Assembly: GCA_965223905.1 (NCBI GenBank)
Contig: CBDCXV010000002.1
Span: 160,001-224,000, forward strand
From: Candidatus Latescibacterota bacterium
GTDB lineage: Bacteria > Latescibacterota > UBA2968 > UBA8231
Length of the DNA: 64,000 nucleotides
Reading direction: 5' to 3'
The notes under the pieces are model-generated. The model did not search any database and had not been told where the DNA came from. It saw nothing but the letters and a program-made list of their open reading frames with translations. The position numbers were made by a program, and so were the translations under genes. Shown here piece after piece: positions 38,062 through 48,917 of the stretch. Positions within the stretch are counted from its first letter, which is position 1, and each line of letters opens with the position of its first letter.

Positions 38062-39131
38062 TTACTGAGGTGGGGCGCAGTCGAGACCGAGGGCGGCGAG
38101 GATCTCCACCAGGTCGAATGCGGCGACGTTGCCGTCGTCGTGCACCGCGTAGAATGCGCCCCGGCTGAAGGGGCCGAAGCTGCGGCCGGTGAGGGCCACG
38201 CCGTCGGTGTTGGCGGTGACGGCTCCGGAGAAGGCGCCCCGGCCGCCGAGGTTCTCGCGGTCCAACACCAGGAAGCGGTTGTCCACCTCGTCCTGGTCGG
38301 TGGCGAGCCAGTAATTCCAGCAGCGCCACACCCTCCGGTTCGTAGCGGAAGAGCCCGGCGCCGGCGAGTTCGCCGGTGAAGCGCCCCTCGAGGTCGTAGA
38401 CCTTGAGCACCCGTTCCGACTCCTCGGCGACCAGCATCCTGCCGTGAAGGGGCGTCCACCGCGACCGTCTCGACCTTCCTCAGGCAGCCGGCCTCCGTGG
38501 TATCGCCGTAGGCGCCGGCGTACTGCCCGGTCAGCTGGTTCTCCGACACCTGCAGGCGGAATCGCCGCAGACGCTCTCCCATCTCCGCGGCGGGGGCCGA
38601 GGCCGAGGTCGGTTCGTAGTTGTCGGTGACCCAGACGTCCCAGCCGCCGTCGCCGGGGAGTGCGGCGATTCCGTACGGCCGGCGCAGCACCTCCGCTCCA
38701 ATAATGGCGACCGGCTCGAACTCCGGCAGCGACAGGGCTTGCAGGCGATGGTTGTCGCGCTCGACGACGACGGCGAAGTCCCCGATCACGGCGATGCCGT
38801 TGGGGCGCAGGAACTGCCCCGCCTCGGTTCCCGGACCGCCGACCCGGCGGATCAGCTTTCCGTCGGCGGCGTCGTGAACGAGAAGCTGGTGCGCCGACTT
38901 GGCGGTCGAGAGGAGCCAGTGGCGGTCGCCGGGGCCGTGCCAGACCGCCGGAGAGTCGATGTTGTCCGCTTCCCGGCGCTCGGTGAGGAAGCTCTCGGCG
39001 ACGGTGACCGCCCCTTCCCGGGGCGGCGCCTGCATCGACCGCGGACCATCCTGGCACTGGCCGAGAATCAGGGCGGCCCCCAGCCAGGGAGCGGCCCGCA
39101 ACAGCCGCCGCCCGGAATTACAACAGGTCAA
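38062..39131 (-). pseudogene. Beta-propeller phytase-like protein, frameshifted
   Basis: DNIDSPAVW..STAK..RPNGI..VERDNHR, EPEGVAL, ANTDGVAL..F..G.FYAVHDD spread over three frames (shifts near 38450 and 38320). Confidence 0.75.
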
Positions 39132-40740
39132 ACTTGAGCCCGGCAGAGAAGCGGCGGTCGTAGTACTCCGCCTGCATGGTGCGCTCCCTCACACCCTGGT
39201 AGAAGCGCAGCGGCTGATCGGTCAGGTTGCTCGCCTCGAAGAAGGCGCGCAGCTGCGGGGTGATCCTGTAGGAGCCGTTGAGGTCGACGTGGGTGGAGGT
39301 GTCGTAGTAGCGGTCGTAGAAAGCCGACTCGCCGATCTGCCCCTCGCCGGCGTCGAGGTGGGACGCGGCGTAGTTGACGGAGAGCCGCAGCGAGAGGGCG
39401 GACATGTCGTACGACAGGGAGCCGCCCCGCCGAGACCAGGCCGACCGTCGAGAAGTAACGCTCCGCCATGAGGTCGAAGTTCGTCGAAGTGGTCGGATCG
39501 AGAGCGGGGTTCCCCTCGAACAGCTCCTCGTCCTCGATCAGCACCTCGCGGCAGGGCACCAGGTCGTAGTAGTTCGGCCGGGCCAGGGTGTTGGTCCAGG
39601 CGAAACGGAGCGCCGTGGCGTCGTCGAGGCGGTAGCGGGCGTGCAGCCCGGGAAGCAGGTGCAGGTAGCCGTCGTCCCCGGTCACCGGGCGCGTGGTGAT
39701 CTTCTGGTCGGCCTCCGGGTCGATGAACAGCTCGTTGCCGGTGTAGTCGATGCGGGTGTCCTCTACACGCAGGCCGAGCAGCAGGTCGAGCCTGGGACCG
39801 AGCGCCTGCTCGACCATCAGGAAGGCGCCGGCCCACCGTCTCCCGGGCCTCGATAGTTCCCCCCCGGCACGTCACTGCTCGCGGCAGGTCGCTGCGTCCT
39901 CGAATTTTTCCGGGTCGTCGCGGATGTCGCTGCTGCCCCCCTTGGTCTGGCGCCGGATCTGCCCCTCCGGGGTGACGAACCCCGCCTTCCGGCGAGCTCG
40001 AGGTCACCTGACAGTCAGGAAACCGGTAGCGGTTCTCGTAGTCGTCCCGCTGGTTGCAACATCGTCCCGTAAGGTAGAGCTCGTTGCCGTCCTCGTCGAG
40101 GCGGCTAGTACTCGAAGAAATCGTTGTCCCGCAGCTTCTCCTTGCCGCGGTAGCGGAAACCGAGCTGCACCCGGTTGCCGCTTTCTCCCTGCAGCCAGGG
40201 GAAGGAGAAGTCGACGCGGGCGTTGAGGTCCTCCTCCTCGGTGAACTGGTTTTCCTCGGTATCTCGTGCGAATCTCGAACTCCGACAGGGCGATCCCCGC
40301 TTCGTCGGCGGCTCGACCAGGCAGGTTTCTCCGGGTCGCCGATGTCGGAGCCGCACGCCTATGTCCCTGACGCGGTACTGGATGTAGCGCTGGCGATCCG
40401 GCCGTTCCTCGGAGGCCCTGCCGCCGAGGAAGCAGGTCGCCGGCCACCACCGAGGAGAGTCGACCTCGAAGGCTTTCCGGCCCAGGAGATGCTCCCCCCC
40501 GCTTCCCAAGGTCATGCTTGCGGAAATGCGCCTGGCTTCCTCGAGGCGGGCGTCGCGGATGTCGACGAGATTGACTGACCCCCCGATTGCGTCTGGCGTC
40601 CGGATCTGCCCCTCCGGGGTAACCCCGCCTTCGGGGAGCTCGATGGTCCCTGGATCATGTCCGCAGGCGCACGTAGGTCGAGTTCTCGTAGTCCTCCCGC
40701 ACTTCTCCTGGTTGAACATCGCCGTAAGGTAGAGCTCGTT
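39118..40740 (-). pseudogene. TonB-dependent receptor, fragmented
   Basis: GLRVEDT, LARPNYYDL, GNPALDPT.S.NFD, NLTDQP..., C-terminal 'RFSAGLKFDL'; many frame breaks. Confidence 0.8.
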
Positions 40741-41028
40741 CGCGGTCGTTCGAGGCGGTAGATCGAGTTGCGCCGCTGAGGCTGCTGCGGATGCGGTCGA
40801 CGGATCGTACTTGCGAAGCTGGAACTTCCGACATGTAGACGTTGCGCCGTCCTCCCCGATCCCGGGGACTCCGCCTCGATGTTGTCGGAGCCGAGCGTTG
40901 TGCGTTGTGGTAGCGTCACCGGCCTGGTCGGCGACGCATCGACGTTACGTGAACTGCCGCGGACTCTGTTTCTGCTGATTGAGGGCGCGGGCCTGTCCCT
41001 GTTGCGAAACTGTGACGCCGCTGCGTAG

Positions 41029-41817
41029 CTACAGATTGAGCAGGGCGTCGTCGGGGACCGCCCGCAGCGGGGTGAAGTCGCGGTTGTTGTGGTACCAGTC
41101 GCGTGCACTGCCGGTGCAGGCATTGCTGACGGCGTTGTAGATCAGGTACACGATCGCCCGCCGCCAGGGCGAGACGTTGTCCGCGGAGCCGTGGATGACG
41201 TTGCAGTGGACGAAGCAGACCGAGCCGGCCGGGCCGATCAGCGGCTCGATGCCGTGCTCGTCTGCAAGGCGCTCGAACTCCTCGCGGCCGATGTGATGGA
41301 GCTCGTACTCCTTGCCTTCGGAGTCCTCGTGCGGGTTCGAGTCGAGCAGGCCGCGGCGGTGCGAGCCGGGAAGGATCAGCAGCGGGGATTTCGCCACCGT
41401 GCAGTCGTCGACGAAGACAGAGGCCATGATGCAGCGCGGCTCCGGCATGCCGTCGATGCTGTGCCAGGGCGGGAAATCCTGGTGCCAGGTCCAGGAGGCC
41501 CCGGAGCCGAACCCCTGCTTGGGGTTGAGGCGGCTCTGGTGCAGGTACACCTCGTCCTGCAGCAGCCGGCGCACCGGGTTCAGCAGCCGCGGGAGCAGGG
41601 CCAGGCGCCGGAACGGCTCGGAGTAGATGTGGGCGCCGAAGGCGAGGCGGGCGGCGGTGGGGTCCTCCTTCTCGCGCACGATCTCGGGGCCCTGGCGCGC
41701 CAGTATTTCGGGAAGGGCCGCCTGCAGGGGAGCCGCCTCCTCGGCGGACAGGAGGCCGGGGAAGAAGAGGTACCCCCGGTCGGCGAACGCCGCTGCCTGC
41801 GAGTCGCTCAGCTCCAC
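41029..41817 (-). CDS. PhyH-family Fe(II)/2-oxoglutarate dioxygenase (ectoine/proline hydroxylase-like)
   Basis: YLHQSRLNPK, WHQD, LPGSH, GSVCFVHCNVIHGS..N.S..RR. Confidence 0.92.
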   Translation of the reverse strand: MELSDSQAAAFADRGYLFFPGLLSAEEAAPLQAALPEILARQGPEIVREKEDPTAARLAFGAHIYSEPFRRLALLPRLLNPVRRLLQDEVYLHQSRLNPKQGFGSGASWTWHQDFPPWHSIDGMPEPRCIMASVFVDDCTVAKSPLLILPGSHRRGLLDSNPHEDSEGKEYELHHIGREEFERLADEHGIEPLIGPAGSVCFVHCNVIHGSADNVSPWRRAIVYLIYNAVSNACTGSARDWYHNNRDFTPLRAVPDDALLNL

Positions 41818-41827
41818 GGATCCCCCC

Positions 41828-42858
41828 TCAGCCTATGCGCAGGGCCGCCTCGAGGGCCGGGCCGCCGTCGCCGGAACAGCCGCGCTCGCCGCTGCCGGCC
41901 ACCGTGGAGATCAGGCCGCTCTCCGCGTCGACGCGGCGGATTCTCCCGTTGCCGCTGTCCTTGACGTAGAGGTTCCCCGCCGGATCGATCGCCATGCTGT
42001 AGCAGTGGTCGAGCTGCGCCTCGGCCGCCGGGCCGCCGTCGCCGGAGAAGCCGCTGCTTCCGGTCCCGGCGACGCGGTGCAGCAGCCCGCTGCCGAGGTC
42101 GAGGCGGAAGATGCTCGAGTTGTTGCCGTCCACGAGGTAGACCCGGTCGCCGCGCACGAGGATGTCCCGGGGCCGTCCGAACTTCGCCTCGATCGCCGGG
42201 ATGCCGGTGTCCGTCGGTCCCATCTCGCCGCAGCCGGCGATGGTGCGCAGGATGCCGGTGTCCGCCTCGAGGCGACGGAAGCGCAGGTTGTCGGTGTCGG
42301 CGATGTAGAGGTCGCCGTTGGCGGCGACGTCGACGGCGAGGGGGGCGTACAGCTTCGACTCCAGGGCCGGCAAGCCCTCCTGCGAGTACCCCTTCTCCCC
42401 GGTGCCGGCGCAGGTGGTGATGACGCCGGTCGCGGCATCGACCCGGCGGATGCGGTGGTTGTGCGTGTCGGCGATGTAGAAGTTGCCGCTGCGGTCGAAG
42501 CGGCAACCGTGCGGCACCGCGAGGCTCGCCCGGCGGCAGGCCCTCCGTCCCCGGCGAAGCCCTCCTCGCCGTTGCCGGCGACCGTGGTGATGATGCCGCC
42601 TGCGGCGTCGATACGGCGCACCCGGTTCTGGTGGGCGTCGGTGACGTAGATATGGCCGGCGCCGTCGAGGCCGACGCGCATCGGGTGGGTGGAGAAGGCC
42701 GCTTCCGTCGCCGGCCCTCCGTCCCCGGCGGCGCTGGCCCCCATCTCCGGAGGGCGGCCGCCGGCCACCGTGGCGATGATCCCGGTGGCGAGATCGACGG
42801 CGCGCAGGCAGTGGTTGCTTACGTCGGTGAAGTAGAGTGTTTCAGCGGATGCGTCCAT
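41828..42858 (-). pseudogene. NHL-repeat (teneurin-like) protein, frameshift near 42520
   Basis: Repeats of 'YIADTHNHRIRRVD..TG.ITTVAG.G..GFSGDGGPA' in two frames. Confidence 0.82.
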
Positions 42859-42904
42859 CGGTCGGGGGTTCCTCAAAGTGAACGGGAGGTGCGGCTGTGG
42901 TCGT

Positions 42905-43210
42905 TCAGGCAGCAACAGGATCGCTGACTTCGACTGCAAGGCGCAAACCCAACTCCTGAAGGACGGCGGTCAAACTGAAGAGCTGGGGATTGCCCTGATC
43001 GGACAGCATGCGATACAGCGATTCCCGGTTGAGCCGGGCCCCCTCTGCCAGCCGCTTCATGCCGTGGGCTTCGGCTACGTCACGCAGTGCGAGGAGAAAC
43101 ACCGCGGGGGAGCCATCCTCGAGAGCAGCAGTCAGATACCCGGCGGCTTCGCCGGGGTCCCGGAGATCCTCCAGCAGCTCTTCTTTGTACGGACGAGATG
43201 CTTTGCTCAT
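42905..43210 (-). CDS. Addiction-module antidote HTH protein (HI1420-like), no toxin seen
   Basis: 'L.DP.EAAGYL.AALEDG....LALRDVAEAHGM..LAE...LNRESLYRMLS..GNP'. Confidence 0.9.
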   Translation of the reverse strand: MSKASRPYKEELLEDLRDPGEAAGYLTAALEDGSPAVFLLALRDVAEAHGMKRLAEGARLNRESLYRMLSDQGNPQLFSLTAVLQELGLRLAVEVSDPVAA

Positions 43211-43357
43211 GACGACCCGCCTCCATCATCGGCAAAAATGTAGGCCGGGAAGCTACAATGACGCGAGGATGGATGGTGCGATACCGCTGCGGTCCCGGAT
43301 GACTTTCCCGGGTGCCGAAAGCCTGTGATGCCGGAGGGCGCCGATACCGCGGGAAAG

Positions 43358-44458
43358 CTATCGGCCCTCGGCTCTCTCTGGTTGGGCGGCGGCCCCCGCG
43401 GCTGCGGGATCACCGGAGAGAAGCTCCCGTTTCACCAAACCCCAGCTCCGGTCCACCACCGCGGTCGGGTCCAGCCTTTCCAGGGCCCAGACCTCGTTGA
43501 AGAGGCCGACCTCCGCGGCGCCCCCGATGAACAGGGCGCGGCTCTCTCCCTCGATGTAGACCGCGGCCGCCCCGCTGCGCGCCTCCGGCGCGGCGCCTCC
43601 CGGTTGCAGCAAGGTCCAGGTGCCGGCGGCGAGATCGAAGGCCCAGGTATCGCCGCTTCTGGCTCCGAGGCCCCCTTTCCCGGCGCCGCCGTAAATGACG
43701 AACCGGTGGGTCGCGGGGTCGTACACGCTGGCGGCGAAGGTGCGCTCTCCGGGACCGCTTTCCGGGGTGATGTCGCTCCAGGCCCCGGTGTCGAGGTCGA
43801 GAGACCACAGATCGTTCAGGGCGTTGCCGCCCCCCTGGCCCCCGAAGATGAGCATGCGGTAGCCGACCGGATCGTATGCGGCGGTGTGCAGGCAGCGGGC
43901 CAGGGGCCTGGGGTCGGTGCTGATGTCGGTCCAGACCGATGCCGCCGGTTCGAAGGCCCAGGTGTCGTCGAAGCGGCCGAGGTCGGTGAAGCCGGCGAAA
44001 CTGACGAGGCGGCCGGCGCGAAGATCGAAAATCGACGCGGTTCCGTAGCGAAAGGCGGGCCGGGTTTCGGGGGTGAACTGCCGCCAGGTGTGCTCGTCGA
44101 GGTCGAAGGCCCAGACGTCGTTGAAGAAGTCGCCGAGATGGCGGCCCGACCAGACGAGCATCTGGTGGCCGGCCGGGTCGTACACGGCGTTGTGTGACCA
44201 GCGGGTGTCGGGGGCCGGCCCGGAGTCGGGGGTGATCTTCCTCCAGGCCAGGGGCGCGAGGCCGAGCTCCCAGACGTCGTTGAGGTCGCCGCCGGCTCTC
44301 AGCCCTCCGAAGAGGACGACGCGGTGGCCGGCCGGGTCGTAGATCGCCGCGGCGTTGGAGCGGGGAACAGGAGCTTCCCCCTCCGGATGCAGCTGGACCC
44401 ATTCCAGGGCGGCGGCCCCCTGGGCCAGCAGGAGCAGAACGAGTGCGGTGCGTTTCAT
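43358..44458 (-). CDS. Secreted Kelch-repeat beta-propeller protein
   Basis: Signal peptide MKRTALVLLLLAQGAAA; six 'P..R..H.A.YDP....FGG....ND.W..D....W' repeats; C-terminal PTAVVDRSWGLVK. Confidence 0.9.
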   Translation of the reverse strand: MKRTALVLLLLAQGAAALEWVQLHPEGEAPVPRSNAAAIYDPAGHRVVLFGGLRAGGDLNDVWELGLAPLAWRKITPDSGPAPDTRWSHNAVYDPAGHQMLVWSGRHLGDFFNDVWAFDLDEHTWRQFTPETRPAFRYGTASIFDLRAGRLVSFAGFTDLGRFDDTWAFEPAASVWTDISTDPRPLARCLHTAAYDPVGYRMLIFGGQGGGNALNDLWSLDLDTGAWSDITPESGPGERTFAASVYDPATHRFVIYGGAGKGGLGARSGDTWAFDLAAGTWTLLQPGGAAPEARSGAAAVYIEGESRALFIGGAAEVGLFNEVWALERLDPTAVVDRSWGLVKRELLSGDPAAAGAAAQPERAEGR

Positions 44459-44676
44459 GGCGGTCCCTTTCTCAACAGAGGCGTGGCGCTTCCCGTTGGC
44501 CCGCGACCCGGCGGAAGATGCCGGTTGTTCGCGGCGCTTCCCGGTACGACGCGCGATGCCGGAAGAAGATGCCGGGTTTTTCGAGGCGAGGCGCGTTGCT
44601 GCCGCTTTGGTCCCTGCGCGCGTAAGTAAGCGTACGAACGAGGGCGCCGTGAGCGGGAATGCAGCCGCGGTCGTTT

Positions 44677-45538
44677 TCACGCGGAATTGCGCGTGTCCGG
44701 CTGGAGGATGTGGGCGGCCTCCCTGTCGATGAAGTCCTGGAAGTCCGCGGCGAGGGCGAGGCTCTCGCCGGTGGCGATGCGGACCGGGGAGCGCCGCGTC
44801 AGCTCGGCGAACCCGTCGACGTCCCGGGGCCGCAGGGCTTCCTCGAGGAAATGGACTCCGTACCTGGCGGCGACCTCGGCGGCGCGCACCGCGTCATCGA
44901 CGGAGTGACCGGGATCGAGGTACGCCGGGCAGCCGAAATCGAGCATCAGCAGCATCTCCGGGCCGATCCCCTCGCGAATGGCGGCGAGGGTCTCCTCGTC
45001 TTCCGCGGAGAAGTGGTTGCCCCAGCCCAGCTTCACCGCCTTGAAACCGCGCTCCCGGTAAGTGACGCACTCGGCGATCATCTCTCCGGGCCGTCCGCCG
45101 CCGGGGGGCCTCCGGGTCGTAGTCGTGCGGGAAGGCGCTGGTGCTCGCGTAAACCATGATTTGGTTCTGGACGACGTCGCCGACGAGCCGGTGAACCGGC
45201 AGCCCGGCCGCCTTGCCGGCGATGTCCCAGAGGGCGATGTCGACCGCGGCAAGGGCGTTGACGGCGATCCCTCCCTCGTCGCCGCGGCCGAACCAGCCGC
45301 CGTCGAACAGTCGTTGCCAGAGCTCGGCCGGCCGCGTCGGGTCGGCGCCGAGGAGGAGGCCGCGGAACGGAGGCTCGGGTCCGGGCAGCTCCGGGGAGGA
45401 GTCGAGCAGCGCCGACACCGGGCGGGTCCAGGAGGCGGTGGCGCCGATACCGGTGATGCCGGCGTCGGTGTCGACCTCGACGAGGGGGAAGTCCCGGGGG
45501 AAGCCGCGGCTGACGACGCGGATGTCGGTGATCTTCAT
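44677..45538 (-). pseudogene. Mandelate racemase/muconate lactonising enzyme family, frameshifted (~45100) and C-terminally truncated
   Basis: MKITDI..VEVDTDAGITGIG, AAVDIALWDIAGK..GLPV..L.G, GFKAVKL, LMLD, FLEE, IATGE, ILQPD then stop. Confidence 0.85.
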
Positions 45539-45596
45539 GGGGGAGGGTGGGGGGTCGGGCTGGGAGGTGGTTCTGCCGCCGTACCGCAGGGGGCGG

Positions 45597-46553
45597 CTAC
45601 GGCATGGAAAGCTTTCTTGTTCCTATCACTTCTACAGAAGTTCCTTCCTGCTCGAAGGCCGGGGGTGGATCTTCGGAATGTGGATCTCCGGAATAATATT
45701 GAGACCAGCGAAGTTCGTACTGGTCCCGATCCATCAGCGTAATGTCGTCCGTTTCACCCTCGTTGCCTTCATCGAGTCCGTATCCAAAGGAGACGCCGCC
45801 CAAATCAGATAGGATATAGCGGTTGTGGAGCTGCTCGCCTCCTTGTTTCTGGCGCAACCTGCGCACCCGGACTTGCCTTTCCTCGGGGACACATCGGGGA
45901 AGCCTCCTCTCGCACTCTTCCCGAAAAAACTCCTCCGTTCCCGTATGATCCGCCGCAGTATGTACCTCAATGCACTTCGGCATCCCGCCGGGACGCTGGC
46001 GAATCATTGCTTCAAGGAAGGCTTCAAAGGGACGCCGGTAACGAGGCTTCTCGGGCCCAAAATAAGGGTCGACGAAAATCACAATCGAGCTGCAGCGGAG
46101 TAAAGAAGCCACAGCCTCGGCCATGTCTGAAGCTTTCCTCGGCACGGTGAGCCCACGCTGCACCGCCCAATGTTCTGTAGCGCTGTCATCCAGGTCGCTC
46201 TCCGTCAGCACCTGAGCGTGGCTGTTCGGGTTGGTTCGGGCAAGGATAGCGTGGAAAGGCCGCTCGTCGTGCTCGCGCTCGGCGTTCTCTCGCCAACTTG
46301 TGGAATCATCCCACTGAACATTGCTCCGCCGAACCATTCGTTCTGATAGCCGGGCGAGGAGTTCCACGAGTCGGGTTTGAGCTAAATCATCGGTAGTTTC
46401 AATGGCGTCCCACACGAGTCTTTTCCATCGCTTTGGGTACCGGGAGACAACTCTTCCCTGGCCAAACTCGAAACTTTGCATGTAATGGCGGCAATCACGC
46501 CGATCCGTCCAGCCCGCTACCAATTGGGGTTCCAGTGCATACTCGTAAATCAC
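45597..46553 (-). CDS. Uncharacterised protein with C-terminal PLD-like (MIT_C-type) putative nuclease domain
   Basis: 'IFVDPYF' and 'LHNRYILSDLGGVSFGYGLD' motifs; starts 3 nt after the ATPase stop. Confidence 0.6.
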   Translation of the reverse strand: MIYEYALEPQLVAGWTDRRDCRHYMQSFEFGQGRVVSRYPKRWKRLVWDAIETTDDLAQTRLVELLARLSERMVRRSNVQWDDSTSWRENAEREHDERPFHAILARTNPNSHAQVLTESDLDDSATEHWAVQRGLTVPRKASDMAEAVASLLRCSSIVIFVDPYFGPEKPRYRRPFEAFLEAMIRQRPGGMPKCIEVHTAADHTGTEEFFREECERRLPRCVPEERQVRVRRLRQKQGGEQLHNRYILSDLGGVSFGYGLDEGNEGETDDITLMDRDQYELRWSQYYSGDPHSEDPPPAFEQEGTSVEVIGTRKLSMP

Positions 46554-46556
46554 GCT

Positions 46557-48389
46557 TCAGAACAGTTCCTTCGAGCGCTCGGGGAAGAAGCCTTCGGGCC
46601 ATGGTCGCTCGAACTCGCCGTCGGCCGTCACCGGGATGTGGAGAATCTCGGTATCCCCTCGCCCGGGCTGGACGTAAAGGACGGAGACCTGCTCCGGGTG
46701 GACTTCGGGGAGGCCCTTTGGAAGCTCGCCATCGGTAGTTTCCCGGATCCGCCGCAGGATGCGCAACAACAGGTGTTCGCTGTGAGTCTCGATGAGGAGG
46801 GTGTTGCCGCTCCCGCCAAGGGCCGATTCGATAAAGACATCACCCAGCTCGGCCTGAAGCGCCGGGTGCAGGTGAATCTCGGGCTGCTCGATCGCCAGGA
46901 GCTTCTTTTGCCAAGCATAGGCGGAGACCAGCACCGGGAGCACTTGGCTGACTCCGATGCCGACATCGCGGTGGCTCACGGGAGTGCCGGTGCGTTTGTC
47001 GATGAGAACGAGATCCTGAAGTACTTCGGGCCGTGCCTCGACCAGTTCTTCGGCCCAGCGTTCAGACAGGGCCTCCTCGTCGCTCGCCGCAGCCACGAGC
47101 TCCTCGATCTCGGGGATGATGTCGTCCGGGTTTTCCGCGTTGTACCCGGCGACTTGCTCGGAAACTTCATCCGCCAGCCTCGCCAGTTCAGGTTCCCCGT
47201 CCCCCTGCCGTCTTCGGAGAAGGGAAGCAGCGAGATCGTAAAGCGCCTTGTGAAGTTTGGACGGAAGCTCCCTTGAGACTACTGAAGCGGGCAGCAGGTC
47301 GCGCACTTCGAGCTGGTAGGGTGTCTTCAGGCGGTCCGGGTTGCCAAGCCACCTGTTCACCCGCTGTCGGACATCCTCGTTGGTGCGCACCACGTCCCAG
47401 GCATAGCCGCCCCCTGCGAACCAATTGGGGTCATGATGTTGTGAGAAAGCCAGATGGCGAGGCGGGTACGACCTCAGCGGACCGAGGTACTGGAGTTGGC
47501 GTATCTCGTTCTCAAGCACCGTGACGATTACCTCGACGAGCTCAGTGAACGCCAGGGCCAGAAACCGCTGGGCAGGGGATGAAAGATCCTCCTGTCCCCG
47601 TCCGCGAGAAGTGATGTCACCCCAGCCTTCCGCATCCTCCCCGATCCGGGGGAACAGGCCGCTGCTCCTGGCGGCAATGTCGGGGACCAGGGCGTCGATC
47701 TCCTTGCGGAGGTCGTCGACCAATTCCCCCTCACGCATTTCCTGGGTGGGTGTCACCCGCTTCAGAACCTCTGGAAGGAGCTCGCGGAATACTGGATGGC
47801 CGGAGTCGAACCGATCCAGGCGCAGGAGCCCGCCCGGCCGTGTGCTCATGGAGAGCAGCGGTGTGCCGTCCACCTCCAGCGCGAAGCGCTCGAGAAGTGG
47901 ACCGCTCTCCCGGCCGAACCCGCGAGCCCGGTCCCCTGACCGGGTCCGGTGATCGCTCGTGATCCCTTCCCCGATCCCCAGTTCCACCGCTATCTCGCGA
48001 GCCCGCTGCAGAAGCTCGGCCGCGCGTTCGGGACTCCGACTCGGGTATCCGTAGGTTTTTGAAAAAGCACCCACCCGCAAAAGCTCCGCCACGCGTTCGG
48101 TGAGGCGCCCCGGATCGAGTTCGAAACCCAGCTCGACCCGGCGGTCTCGGTCGCGCCGGTGCACGTATTGGAGAAAACCTCCGAGGTCTATGGTCTCTCC
48201 ACCGATCCGGGGCCGGTGGGTGTCGAGGTCTCCGGTCTCGATGGCGTGGTGGGCGAGTGCCAGGGCGTGCAGCACGCTCGACTTACCGGCGCTGTTGGCC
48301 CCATAGATCAGTGTGATCGGCCGCAGCGGTATCCTCTGGCTTGCGCCGAATGCCTTGAAGTTGGCGATGCGGAAAGCGGTGAGGTTCAA
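46557..48389 (-). CDS. ABC/AAA_21-type ATPase with DUF3696-like C-terminus
   Basis: NFKAF..ITLIYGANSAGKSS, YLGPLR, DVGIGVSQVLPV, IEQPEIHLHP, ETHSEH, WPEGFF. TTG start with gggaga RBS. Confidence 0.9.
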   Translation of the reverse strand: MNLTAFRIANFKAFGASQRIPLRPITLIYGANSAGKSSVLHALALAHHAIETGDLDTHRPRIGGETIDLGGFLQYVHRRDRDRRVELGFELDPGRLTERVAELLRVGAFSKTYGYPSRSPERAAELLQRAREIAVELGIGEGITSDHRTRSGDRARGFGRESGPLLERFALEVDGTPLLSMSTRPGGLLRLDRFDSGHPVFRELLPEVLKRVTPTQEMREGELVDDLRKEIDALVPDIAARSSGLFPRIGEDAEGWGDITSRGRGQEDLSSPAQRFLALAFTELVEVIVTVLENEIRQLQYLGPLRSYPPRHLAFSQHHDPNWFAGGGYAWDVVRTNEDVRQRVNRWLGNPDRLKTPYQLEVRDLLPASVVSRELPSKLHKALYDLAASLLRRRQGDGEPELARLADEVSEQVAGYNAENPDDIIPEIEELVAAASDEEALSERWAEELVEARPEVLQDLVLIDKRTGTPVSHRDVGIGVSQVLPVLVSAYAWQKKLLAIEQPEIHLHPALQAELGDVFIESALGGSGNTLLIETHSEHLLLRILRRIRETTDGELPKGLPEVHPEQVSVLYVQPGRGDTEILHIPVTADGEFERPWPEGFFPERSKELF

Positions 48390-48479
48390 TTCCGGTCTCC
48401 CGCAGGAGTCGCCATATCCGCGGTCATCATAGTGTTCCTTTTTTCTACCGCTCGAACTGCTCGAATTCGCTTGCCGCGT

Positions 48480-48670
48480 GGGAAATCCCTTCAAGGCAAA
48501 GGCGATCGATCAGGTCAAGGGAAGTCGAAGTCCATTCGTCGTCCTGGTGCTGCTGGTAGGTCCGGAAGGTCAGCTTTGCCGGCGCAGCAGATCGCCGTTA
48601 GTATCTCGATTGATGTGGGGAAGTACGCACCGAGTGGTCTCGGCATGGACTCGTCAAACAACAGCTTCAT
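48480..48670 (-). pseudogene. DUF5615/VapC45-like PIN toxin remnant
   Basis: MKLLFDESMPRPL.. overlaps the DUF433 stop; a frameshifted 'NGDLLRR' follows, then the reading decays. Confidence 0.65.
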
Positions 48671-48887
48671 CCGGGTCCCCGGTCAGCGCCACCTTCGCCG
48701 CTTTGAGCACCGCAATCGCCTGGTCGCGTGACACCGTCGGATAGCTGTCTAGGAAGTCATCGAGGCGATCCCCTGCTTCCAGGTGTTCGATCAGGATACG
48801 TATGGGGATCCTGGTTCCGGGAAACACCGGGGTTCCGCCGAGAATGCCCGGATATCTACCGATAACTTTGTCGTTCATTTGATTCAC
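48654..48887 (-). CDS. DUF433 antitoxin
   Basis: PGILGGTPVFPGTRIPI..L...LEAG..LDDFL..YPTV. Confidence 0.92.
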   Translation of the reverse strand: MNQMNDKVIGRYPGILGGTPVFPGTRIPIRILIEHLEAGDRLDDFLDSYPTVSRDQAIAVLKAAKVALTGDPDEAVV

Positions 48888-48917
48888 CTTAGTTGTTCAA
48901 TTGGCACTTCGGGGCTG

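Noticed and set aside
37095-39131. 678-aa ORF as one protein
   Set aside because: The phytase N-terminus reads through a frameshift into the antisense strand of the ankyrin gene.
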